From NCBI GenBank assembly GCA_043813745.1, contig JBDRKV010000048.1, forward strand, positions 1 to 40,420: 40,420 bases of DNA. The letters run 5' to 3'. Positions within the stretch are counted from its first letter, which is position 1. Each line of letters begins with the position of its first letter. Source of the DNA: Candidatus Aenigmatarchaeota archaeon (GTDB lineage: Archaea > Aenigmatarchaeota > Aenigmatarchaeia > GW2011-AR5 > GCA-2688965). The notes beneath the pieces are model-generated. The model was not told the DNA's origin. It worked only from the letters and a program-made list of their open reading frames with translations, and did no database searches. Made by a program: the position numbers and the translations under genes. Shown here piece after piece: positions 18,496-25,137 of the stretch.

Positions 18496-18664
18496 TGCCG
18501 GGGGTGAGATTTGAACTCACGAAGACACTAAGTCACAGGATTTCTTAAATCCAGGTTAATATTTTATATCAACCCACTTTTCTTTGGATTCCAAGGAGCC
18601 TTTCTTTTTAAAGAAAGGCTGCTTCTTAAGTCCTGCCCCGTTGACCAGACTTGGGTACCCCGGC
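18496..18664 (-). tRNA. tRNA-Leu(UAA) with an 83-nt intron (exons 18664-18625 and 18541-18496)
   Basis: Hand-folded. Acceptor GCCGGGG/CCCCGGC, anticodon stem CAGGA/TCCTG, loop CTTAAGA, variable arm GACTTAGTGTC, T arm GTGAG-TTCAAAT-CTCAC, discriminator A. No CCA is encoded. Confidence 0.85.
18542..18624 (-). repeat. family B element, copy B1 (the tRNA-Leu intron)
   Basis: Near-identical to 39692-39763 over about 70 nt: GAAGCAGCCTTTCTTT..AAAGAAAGGCTCCTTGGAATCCAAAGAAA...GGTTGATA.AAAATATTAA. Confidence 0.85.
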
Positions 18665-18724
18665 CTAGTCTAATCATGGAAACGGGATTTATTAAACATT
18701 TGTTGATTTGTATTCCTGCTTGCA

Positions 18725-18754
18725 GTTTTCCGCAAGCCATGTTTTAAAGGGCTT
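18725..18754. repeat. family E partial copy (3' half)
   Basis: GTTTTCCGCAAGCCATGTTTTAAAGGGCTT. Confidence 0.55.
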
Positions 18755-18760
18755 GGTTGG

Positions 18761-18827
18761 GGTTTCCAAGGGATACATGGATACGAAGTATCCGTGGTTT
18801 TTCCGCAAGCGCTTTCCTAAAGGGCTT
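18761..18827. repeat. family E element, copy E1 (between rpoD stop and tRNA-Leu promoter)
   Basis: GGTTTCCAAGGGAT-[CATGGATAC GAA GTATCCGTG]-GTTTTTCCGCAAGCGCTTTCCTAAAGGGCTT. Confidence 0.8.
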
Positions 18828-19611
18828 ATTTAACACTTTTCTTCAGTTCTTTCTCGAACTCTTTGGCATCCGCCTTCATACCATCCAGCGCTGCCATCAG
18901 GACGTATTCAATGGGCTTGCCGGATATGCTCTCGGCTGTAAACAAAAATTTGCTGTCGTCTCCGCTGACTTTCGTCGCGCCGGATGCAACGCATTTCATA
19001 CACATGTTGCAGCGGTCGTTGTTCGTGACAACTATCTTCCCGTCTCTTTTTGAAAAGACATTTTTAGGGCACATGCTCATCGCTTCCTCGGGTTCGCCCT
19101 CGTCTGTGAGCGACACTTTTGGGTTGTATTTGTACCCGACCACAGCTGCCTGGTGCTTTGCATGCGAGCTGCCACAGCCGAGTTCTGCAGTTGCTTCGAA
19201 CTTTATCTGCTGCCCTTCAAGCAGTTCTATTATCGGCACGCCTGCAGCAGCCGGCTTGACGCTGCCGTCAGTTGATTTCATGTCCTCTCCATGCACAATG
19301 CACGGCCCGGTTTTATCTAGCACGAGCGTAACCTGGCAATGACTGCAACCATCCTTACATTTGCACTTGTCACGTTGTTTGAAAACCTTTTCATCAAACG
19401 TCAATGGTATCAAACCTAATCTGTGCGCTATGATCTCGTCGAATAAGCCTGAATTGTTTTTTTCGAAATAAACCTCTTTAATCGCCATCGTGGACACGCC
19501 TGTCATCATGTAACGCCTCAATGCATTTGCAAAAGCAGGATTACTCTCCTCCAGTACAAATGTCATCTTCTCTTTGGACTTTTTTTGCACATGTATTTTC
19601 ATAAAAATCAT
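18826..19611 (-). CDS. rpoD: DNA-directed RNA polymerase subunit D (Rpo3) with ferredoxin-like Cys cluster
   Basis: AFANALRRYM, GLIPL, Cys clusters CKCKDGCSHC and CNMCMKCV. It sits in the canonical S13-S4-S11-RpoD order. Confidence 0.9.
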   Translation of the reverse strand: MIFMKIHVQKKSKEKMTFVLEESNPAFANALRRYMMTGVSTMAIKEVYFEKNNSGLFDEIIAHRLGLIPLTFDEKVFKQRDKCKCKDGCSHCQVTLVLDKTGPCIVHGEDMKSTDGSVKPAAAGVPIIELLEGQQIKFEATAELGCGSSHAKHQAAVVGYKYNPKVSLTDEGEPEEAMSMCPKNVFSKRDGKIVVTNNDRCNMCMKCVASGATKVSGDDSKFLFTAESISGKPIEYVLMAALDGMKADAKEFEKELKKSVK

Positions 19612-19614
19612 CTC

Positions 19615-19645
19615 GTTTTCCGCGAGCGCTTTCCTAAAAGTTTCA
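19615..19645. repeat. family E partial copy E3 (fills the rps11-rpoD spacer)
   Basis: GTTTTCCGCGAGCGCTTTCCTAAAAGTTTCA. Confidence 0.55.
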
Positions 19646-20038
19646 TTACATTCTCCTCCCCCTTCTTCCGCCCTTCTCTTTTATCGAGTCATGTGGAACC
19701 GGGGTCACGTCCTCAATGCTGCCTATCCTCATTCCGGTGCGCGCAAGCGAGCGTATGGCTGGCTGGGCGCCAGCTCCTGGTATCTTGGCCTTGTTCCCGC
19801 CAGGCGCGCGAACCCTTATGTGGACGTGTGTTATGCCTGCATCTCGGGCTTTTTCAGCAGCTTTTTGGGTCGCCTGCATTGCAGCAAATGCCTTGCCCTT
19901 GTGGCTGCCGCGCTGCGTGACCATGCCGCCTGAAATGCGCGCAATCGTCTCAGAGCCTGTTATGTCTGTTATGTGAACTATCGTATTATTCTGGGATGCG
20001 TAAATATTAACAATTCCCCATTTTTCCTTAGCTTCCAT
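19646..20038 (-). CDS. rps11: ribosomal protein S11 (uS11)
   Basis: [18 protein letters not shown] ... VRAPGGN ... GPGAQ-like segment. Confidence 0.9.
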   Translation of the reverse strand: MEAKEKWGIVNIYASQNNTIVHITDITGSETIARISGGMVTQRGSHKGKAFAAMQATQKAAEKARDAGITHVHIRVRAPGGNKAKIPGAGAQPAIRSLARTGMRIGSIEDVTPVPHDSIKEKGGRRGRRM

Positions 20039-20588
20039 CCTGCTTCACCTCTTCTACGACCTTTTCTACAACAGGTTTGTCGCTTTCAGCATCTTCAACT
20101 TTTTCAACAGCCTTCTCTTTTTTAGCTGGCATTAAAACTTTAATCTTATCTTCAATGTCCCTGGTAACTATTAAACTGGGCTTGTTCGCACGTCTACTGC
20201 CAATTAGCACATGCTTATGTAATATAGCTTGTCTGGCATGCTTTATAGAGCCCGCAAGGCCCTTTTCAAATACGTATGACTGTAACCGCCTTCTGAGCAG
20301 GCTTTTCAGTTTAAGGTCCAGCACGTCATCCAGCTGCGCCTCTTTTTCAACCAGCCCAATCCTGTACAGCTTGTCAATAAGCTCCTTCTTTTTTTGCTCA
20401 TTTGTAGATGCCTGCAAGTCTCTTGCACGACCGCGTATGTTCCTAAGCATGGTCTCTGCACGCCAGAGCTCCTTCTTGCGCCTAAGCCCGAACTCGTCCA
20501 TTAGCTTGCGCTCCTCTTCCAGGCGCTCCTTGCTAAACGGGCTCTTTGGTCTGCTGTACGCCCTTCGTTGCATCTTAGGATGTCCCAT
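20028..20588 (-). CDS. rps4: ribosomal protein S4 (uS4) with acidic/Lys-rich C-terminal extension
   Basis: [18 protein letters not shown]...ELWRAE...S4 domain. An alternative ATG lies at 20597. Confidence 0.9.
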   Translation of the reverse strand: MGHPKMQRRAYSRPKSPFSKERLEEERKLMDEFGLRRKKELWRAETMLRNIRGRARDLQASTNEQKKKELIDKLYRIGLVEKEAQLDDVLDLKLKSLLRRRLQSYVFEKGLAGSIKHARQAILHKHVLIGSRRANKPSLIVTRDIEDKIKVLMPAKKEKAVEKVEDAESDKPVVEKVVEEVKQDGS

Positions 20589-20667
20589 GTTTTTCATCTC
20601 ACTTAAATATGAAAAATCTCAACGAAATGTCAATTTCAGTTGCATGTTTTTCATCTCACTTAAATAT
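20586..20667 (-). repeat. family A copy A2 (20611-20642) flanked by an exact 25-bp direct repeat (20586-20610 and 20643-20667) containing the rps4 start
   Basis: catgtttttcatctcacttaaatat occurs twice. The core in mRNA sense is CAACTGAAAT-TGAC-ATTTCGTTG AGATTTTTC. Confidence 0.85.
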
Positions 20668-20672
20668 TAAAA

Positions 20673-21290
20673 CTATTTCTTTCCTGTCTTGGCAGCCATC
20701 GCCTTCTTTTTTATCACGCCGACTGTCTTGTTCTTGCGCGAAGTCGAGCGCGTCCTTTGGCCACGCACAGGCAGACCGCGTTCATGGCGTATGCCCTTGT
20801 AAGCGCGTATCTTTTGCAGAAGATTTATATCCGTTCTTTTCTTCAAATCTATGCTACCACCAATCAAATGTTTGTCCGTGGAGTTTACCATCCATTTTGG
20901 AAACTGGCTGTTTCGTATCGTTTCCTCCAGCTTCTTGATATCTTCCTGCGTCAATTCTGATATCTTTTTCCTGGCATCAATTCCGGACAGCTTCGCTACA
21001 ATATCAGCAGTATGAAAGCCAATGCCTTTTATCTCATTCAGCGCGCGTACCACAGAAAAGCTGCTGTCTATGTCAGTAGAAAGTATGCGTACTATGCCGC
21101 CGCGTATCCTGTACTTTTTGGCTGCTGGCGCAGCTTCTCGCGGGCCTATTTTAGGCGCCTTCTTTTTTGCTTCTCCGCTTTCAACGGATTTGGATGATTT
21201 CGACGCACTTTGTGCGTCAGTTCCTCTAGCTTTATCTACTTTCGCTTCATTCTTTGATTCATCTTTTGGCTTTTTAGTCAAATCAGACAC
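20673..21290 (-). CDS. rps13: ribosomal protein S13 (uS13) with roughly 55-aa Lys/Ser/Ala-rich N-terminal extension
   Basis: ILSTDIDSSFSVVRALNEIKGIGFHTAD...RTRS. The track start is GTG 21290. TTG 21281 follows an AGGTGTCTGAT context. Confidence 0.85.
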   Translation of the reverse strand: MSDLTKKPKDESKNEAKVDKARGTDAQSASKSSKSVESGEAKKKAPKIGPREAAPAAKKYRIRGGIVRILSTDIDSSFSVVRALNEIKGIGFHTADIVAKLSGIDARKKISELTQEDIKKLEETIRNSQFPKWMVNSTDKHLIGGSIDLKKRTDINLLQKIRAYKGIRHERGLPVRGQRTRSTSRKNKTVGVIKKKAMAAKTGKK

Positions 21291-21409
21291 CTGCGTCTAC
21301 GGTTAAAATATATAGTTTTAAGTAATTCCATTTAAACCTTTATAAATCTGCTTTTTTGCTGGTTGAACCGAAACCCACGTTTTATATAGAAAAAAAAGAA
21401 ATATATTTC

Positions 21410-21880
21410 ATGCGGATTTCCGAAATAATGAGCAAGAATGTCGTCGTGCTAAAGCCGAACAACACAATGAAACACACGCTTGCGCTTTTCAAAAAGCACC
21501 GCATGAGCGGCTTCCCAGTTGTGAACAGCAAGAAGCGTCTCGTAGGTGTCGTCTCAGAAACCGACATAGTAAACATCATAGACGTTTATCACGGCGTCCA
21601 GAAGTCAGAAAGCAGTTTGATGCCGATTTTGATAAGCATAATGCAGGGCGGAGAAAAATTCGAAAACGTCAAAGCAAACATGAAGAAAATCTTGAAGATG
21701 TGCGTGAATGAATTCATGAAAAAGCGCGTTGTCTCCGTCGATATCAACGAAGACGCTTATGTTGCAGTACGTTTGATGAACAAGAAAAATATAAACCGCC
21801 TGCCTGTCGTAAAAAATGGCCGTCTAGCAGGCATTGTTACACGCACAGATATAATTAATGCATTAATTGGGCTGGAGTAA
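21410..21880 (+). CDS. CBS-domain pair protein
   Basis: Two CBS repeats: IMSKNVVVLKPN...GFPVVN...VGVVSETDI and FMKKRVVSVD...RLPVV...GIVTRTDI. Confidence 0.8.
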   Translation: MRISEIMSKNVVVLKPNNTMKHTLALFKKHRMSGFPVVNSKKRLVGVVSETDIVNIIDVYHGVQKSESSLMPILISIMQGGEKFENVKANMKKILKMCVNEFMKKRVVSVDINEDAYVAVRLMNKKNINRLPVVKNGRLAGIVTRTDIINALIGLE

Positions 21881-21884
21881 AAAA

Positions 21885-22043
21885 TCAAGCGCTAGCCCAC
21901 TTGAACTTCCTCGAATCGCGTCCAAGCTTCAATAAATTCTTTTCGCACTTGTGCGAGCAGAAATAAAAAGTCTTGCCATTAGGCTGAACGAACATCATAC
22001 CCTTGCCTTTCGGCAACTCGCGGCTACAAAACGAACATTTCAT
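21885..22043 (-). CDS. rpl24e: ribosomal protein L24e (52 aa, below ORF-track cut-off)
   Basis: Hand translation gives MKCSFCSRELPKGKGMMFVQPNGKTFYFCSHKCEKNLLKLGRDSRKFKWASA. GGAGTGAT lies upstream. It completes the L7Ae-S28e-L24e cluster. Confidence 0.85.
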   Translation of the reverse strand: MKCSFCSRELPKGKGMMFVQPNGKTFYFCSHKCEKNLLKLGRDSRKFKWASA

Positions 22044-22061
22044 GTAAAATCACTCCGTAAA

Positions 22062-22277
22062 TTATCGACCAATGCGAGCTGCGGATTCCATCTCGGTTTC
22101 GAGCAACATCAATATGTCGCCGTTGCGAACCGGGCCTATGATATTACGCGTTAATATCTTTCCCTTGTCCGGTCCATCCATGACCTTGCATTTCACGACA
22201 TTAACTCCCTTGGCTCCGCTCCTTCCAAGCACGCGTATGACCTCGCTCGACACTGCTTCAACCATTGTAAACACCAT
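22062..22277 (-). CDS. rps28e: ribosomal protein S28e
   Basis: VIRVLGRSGAKGVNVVKCKVMDGPDKGKILTRNIIGPVRNGDILMLLETE. Confidence 0.9.
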   Translation of the reverse strand: MVFTMVEAVSSEVIRVLGRSGAKGVNVVKCKVMDGPDKGKILTRNIIGPVRNGDILMLLETEMESAARIGR

Positions 22278-22606
22278 TATTCGCTATTTTTGGAAACAAC
22301 TTTAGACAAATTTGCGTCGCCTGCTTCAACAATCGCGACAGCAGAAGTAGCGACTTGTATACCAGACGCTCTGCCTAGCTCTGCCTTTTTCTCCACAGTC
22401 GTGTATGGTATGTTCTTTTCCTCGCAGAGAGCCGGTAGATGCATTATGATTTCTTTTGGTTCAACATCAGTGGCAGCGACAACAAGCTTGGCCTTGCCTC
22501 TTTCAACGGCCTTTGTAGCTTCATTTATTCCACGGCGTATCTTCCCGGTTTCCCTGGCTATCTCAATAGCTTCTAAAACTTTTGAATCATCGGCCATTTT
22601 TTTCAC
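22277..22606 (-). CDS. rpl7ae: ribosomal protein L7Ae (k-turn binding)
   Basis: [29 protein letters not shown]...[12 protein letters not shown]. Confidence 0.95.
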   Translation of the reverse strand: MKKMADDSKVLEAIEIARETGKIRRGINEATKAVERGKAKLVVAATDVEPKEIIMHLPALCEEKNIPYTTVEKKAELGRASGIQVATSAVAIVEAGDANLSKVVSKNSE

Positions 22607-22640
22607 CTCATTTGATTTTTAGATTTTATTATATTTATTA

Positions 22641-22679
22641 TAATATGGTCTAGACTATTCCAAGGGGAATAGGGTAGTG
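22641..22679 (+). promoter_or_regulatory. family D leader, copy D1 (5' of rps27e), single hairpin
   Basis: TAATATGGTCTAGA CTATTCC-AAGG-GGAATAG GGTAGTG. Confidence 0.65.
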
Positions 22680-22685
22680 TTAATT

Positions 22686-22937
22686 ATGTCTTACACAAGA
22701 TATTTAAACATTGATTTAGAAGTGGTTTTGAGTGATACAGAAACCGAAGGTGTCTCATATATGAACGAACCAACAAGCAAGTTCCTGCGCGTGAAGTGCA
22801 ACAAATGCAAGAATGAGCAGGTAATATTCAATAAGGCATCAAGCACTGTAAAGTGCCTGGTTTGCGAGTCCGTAATAGCCGAGCCAACCGGCGGAAAGGC
22901 TGATGTCAAGACCAAGGTCCTGCATAGCGTAGACTAA
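22686..22937 (+). CDS. rps27e: ribosomal protein S27e
   Basis: Zinc ribbon KFLRVKCNKCKNEQVIF...VKCLVCESVIAEPTGGKA. The start is ambiguous. ATG 22686 follows the GGGTAGTG box of leader D1. ATG 22761 follows GAAGGTG and would give a more typical 58-aa protein. Confidence 0.85.
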   Translation: MSYTRYLNIDLEVVLSDTETEGVSYMNEPTSKFLRVKCNKCKNEQVIFNKASSTVKCLVCESVIAEPTGGKADVKTKVLHSVD

Positions 22938-22956
22938 TTTTTATCGTATTAAATAG

Positions 22957-23724
22957 GTGATTGAAATAGTGCGAAAACGTGGTGTACCGAATAAAGGCGA
23001 ATTTGTGGTGATAAAGGTAACCGTGGTAAACCCTAATTCTGCTAGCGTTCGTCTCTTGGAATACAACCTTGAAGGCATGATACACATCTCAGAAGTGGCG
23101 AGCGGCTGGATAAGGGACATTAGAAAATACCTAAAGCCGGACCAGATGCACATTGCGAAAGTGATATCCGTAGGCGAACGTGGCATGGGTCTGTCCATGA
23201 AAAACATAAACCAGAAGCAGATGACAGACAAGCAGAAAGAGTATGACCTGGACAACAAAGCCGAAAAGATGCTGGAAATGGCTGCCACAAAGCTTGGCAA
23301 GAACTTAGACCAGGCGTATGAAGAAGTCGGCTATGCGCTGCAGGAAAAATTCGGCTCATTATTCAAGGCATTTGAGACCTGCCTAAAAAAGCCGGAATCC
23401 CTGGAAAAGCGCGGCGTATCAACATCATGGGTTACCGTGATAAAAGAAATTGCCGAGAAGAGCATCGTGCAGAAAGAATTCCTGTTCAGGGCAGATCTGA
23501 TATTGAAAACATTCGAGCCAGATGGCATAGAACGCATCAAAGCCGTATTGCAAAACATTGGTAAAAGCACCAGCGTGTCGTACATAACAGCCCCGAGCTA
23601 TAGGCTGGCATACAAGGCGAAAAACGCGAAGATAGCCGAGTCTAAGTTCAAGGAATTGTTGGAAAACGCTGTGAAGGATGCCAAGAAGGTAAACATAGAA
23701 GCGTCCTACAATATATTAAAGTAA
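22957..23724 (+). CDS. eif2a: translation initiation factor aIF2 alpha
   Basis: S1 domain GEFVVIKVTVVNPNSASVRLLEYNLEGMIHISEVASGWIRDIR. GTG 22969, after AGGTGAT, is an alternative start. Confidence 0.9.
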   Translation: MIEIVRKRGVPNKGEFVVIKVTVVNPNSASVRLLEYNLEGMIHISEVASGWIRDIRKYLKPDQMHIAKVISVGERGMGLSMKNINQKQMTDKQKEYDLDNKAEKMLEMAATKLGKNLDQAYEEVGYALQEKFGSLFKAFETCLKKPESLEKRGVSTSWVTVIKEIAEKSIVQKEFLFRADLILKTFEPDGIERIKAVLQNIGKSTSVSYITAPSYRLAYKAKNAKIAESKFKELLENAVKDAKKVNIEASYNILK

Positions 23725-23745
23725 TTGGTGAGTAGGTAGTGAGAA

Positions 23746-23913
23746 ATGCCTAAAATCATGAAGAAATGTACAAAATGCAACAGCTATTCGCTGTCCGAGA
23801 AATGCCCATCCTGTGAATCAAAAACATCAAATCCGCACCCGGCGAAGTTTTCGCCAGAAGACCGGCACGGAAAGTACAGGCGCATTGCAAAGCTTATTAA
23901 AACCGCAGAATGA
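23746..23913 (+). CDS. nop10: H/ACA RNP protein Nop10 (55 aa, below ORF-track cut-off)
   Basis: Hand translation gives MPKIMKKCTKCNSYSLSEKCPSCESKTSNPHPAKFSPEDRHGKYRRIAKLIKTAE. It sits in the conserved position after aIF2 alpha. Confidence 0.85.
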   Translation: MPKIMKKCTKCNSYSLSEKCPSCESKTSNPHPAKFSPEDRHGKYRRIAKLIKTAE

Positions 23914-23960
23914 ATCATTAATAAATAATAGATTGAGAGGAATAGGGTTAGTTTGTATCA

Positions 23961-24056
23961 TAATATGGTATATGCTCAAAGGAATGAATTCCTTTGGCAT
24001 CTCAAAGGTATTCTATGAATGCCTTTGCAGAGACTATTTCAGGAGGAATAGGGTAT
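23961..24056 (+). promoter_or_regulatory. family D leader, copy D2 (5' of the PAC2-family gene), three hairpins
   Basis: TAATATGGTATATGC..., then CAAAGGAAT-GA-ATTCCTTTG, CAAAGGTAT-TCTATGA-ATGCCTTTG, and GA CTATTTC-AGGA-GGAATAG GGTAT. Confidence 0.65.
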
Positions 24057-24824
24057 ATGAAGACCGAAATCAAAATCTTGAAGAAGTTGCCAAAGATGAA
24101 GAACCCGATTCTAATAGAAGGGCTTCCAGGCGTAGGCAACGTAGGCAGGGTATGCGCTGGATACCTAATAAGCGAGCTGAAAGCGGAAAAATTCGCAGAG
24201 CTCGTTTCGCCGCACTTTCTGCCGCTAGTCGTGCTGGACAGCAACTCAGTAACGCACGTGCTGAAGAACGAATTCTATTACTGCAAGTCAAAGAAGCAGA
24301 GTCTCATAATACTCACAGGAGACAGCCAGAGCATAAGCGGCGAAGGCCATTATGAAATAGCCCATACTGCTTTGGAATTCGCGAAAAGTCTGGGCGTGAA
24401 GCAGGTCATAACCATAGGCGGTTTTGTCACCGAGCAACCGTCAAAAGTAGTAGGCGCAGTCTCTGAAAAAAGTCTTTTGAACAAATACAAGAAATTCAAC
24501 ATCACGTTTGGTAAATCACATCCAGTCGGCACGATCGTAGGAGCGTCCGGGCTATTTTGTGGCATGGCAAAAGATTACAAAATGGATGGGATATGCCTGA
24601 TGGGCGAAACCATTGGCTTTCCGCTGATAACAGACCCAAAGGCAGCCGACCGTGTGCTGCAAACGTTGAAGAGCATGCTGAAACTAAACGTGGATTTGAA
24701 AAAACTGGAAAAGGCAGTCAAGGAGATGAACGAGCAGATAAAGAAAACCGAGCACATCCACAGGAAGATGCTTGAGGACACGTCCAAGCCAGAGAGCAAG
24801 GAGCAGATGAAATACATCGGATAA
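24057..24824 (+). CDS. PAC2-family proteasome assembly chaperone-like protein
   Basis: ILIEGLPGVGNVGRVCAGYL, and a conserved position after nop10. ATG 24057 follows the GGGTAT box of leader D2. Confidence 0.7.
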   Translation: MKTEIKILKKLPKMKNPILIEGLPGVGNVGRVCAGYLISELKAEKFAELVSPHFLPLVVLDSNSVTHVLKNEFYYCKSKKQSLIILTGDSQSISGEGHYEIAHTALEFAKSLGVKQVITIGGFVTEQPSKVVGAVSEKSLLNKYKKFNITFGKSHPVGTIVGASGLFCGMAKDYKMDGICLMGETIGFPLITDPKAADRVLQTLKSMLKLNVDLKKLEKAVKEMNEQIKKTEHIHRKMLEDTSKPESKEQMKYIG

Positions 24825-24874
24825 AAAGTTAACTGTTTATTAAAGTATGAAAGGATTAAGAGGTGTTGATGATT

Positions 24875-25072
24875 ATGGATGAACTGACCAGATTTGAAAA
24901 AACGCGGATAATCAGTGCCAGGGCTTTGCAAATATCAATGGGTGCGCCTATTCTTGTCAAGACAGACTTGCAGGATCCAAAGGATATCACGCTGCTCGAA
25001 TTTGAAAAAGGCGTTTTGCCTATAACAGCCAGCATGCGCGAGCCGAAAAGGCTCGGAAAGCCCGTAGCATGA
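24875..25072 (+). CDS. rpoK: DNA-directed RNA polymerase subunit K (Rpo6)
   Basis: [22 protein letters not shown]...EFEKGVLPI. Confidence 0.9.
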   Translation: MDELTRFEKTRIISARALQISMGAPILVKTDLQDPKDITLLEFEKGVLPITASMREPKRLGKPVA

Positions 25073-25098
25073 TGTTGCACTAATATCTTTATGTGCAA
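25069..25098 (+). terminator. family F stem-loop after rpoK
   Basis: ATGATGTTGCAC-TAATATCTTTAT-GTGCAA. The first 19 nt match 38823-38841 at 18/19. Confidence 0.45.
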
Positions 25099-25137
25099 TA
25101 ATTTTAACAAGGTGGATGCGTTATTAGAAAAGAAAGC

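Noticed and set aside
20586-20667. Direct repeats here, at 18380-18511 and at 26659-26819, considered as a CRISPR array
   Set aside because: Each repeat occurs only twice, the lengths differ (21, 25 and 49 bp), and they are copies of adjacent gene ends. There is no regular repeat-spacer periodicity and no cas genes.
23813-24355. 180-aa ORF spanning the nop10/PAC2 region in another frame
   Set aside because: It overlaps Nop10 and the PAC2-family gene, both with strong family signatures. Its Arg-rich translation is typical of an off-frame read.
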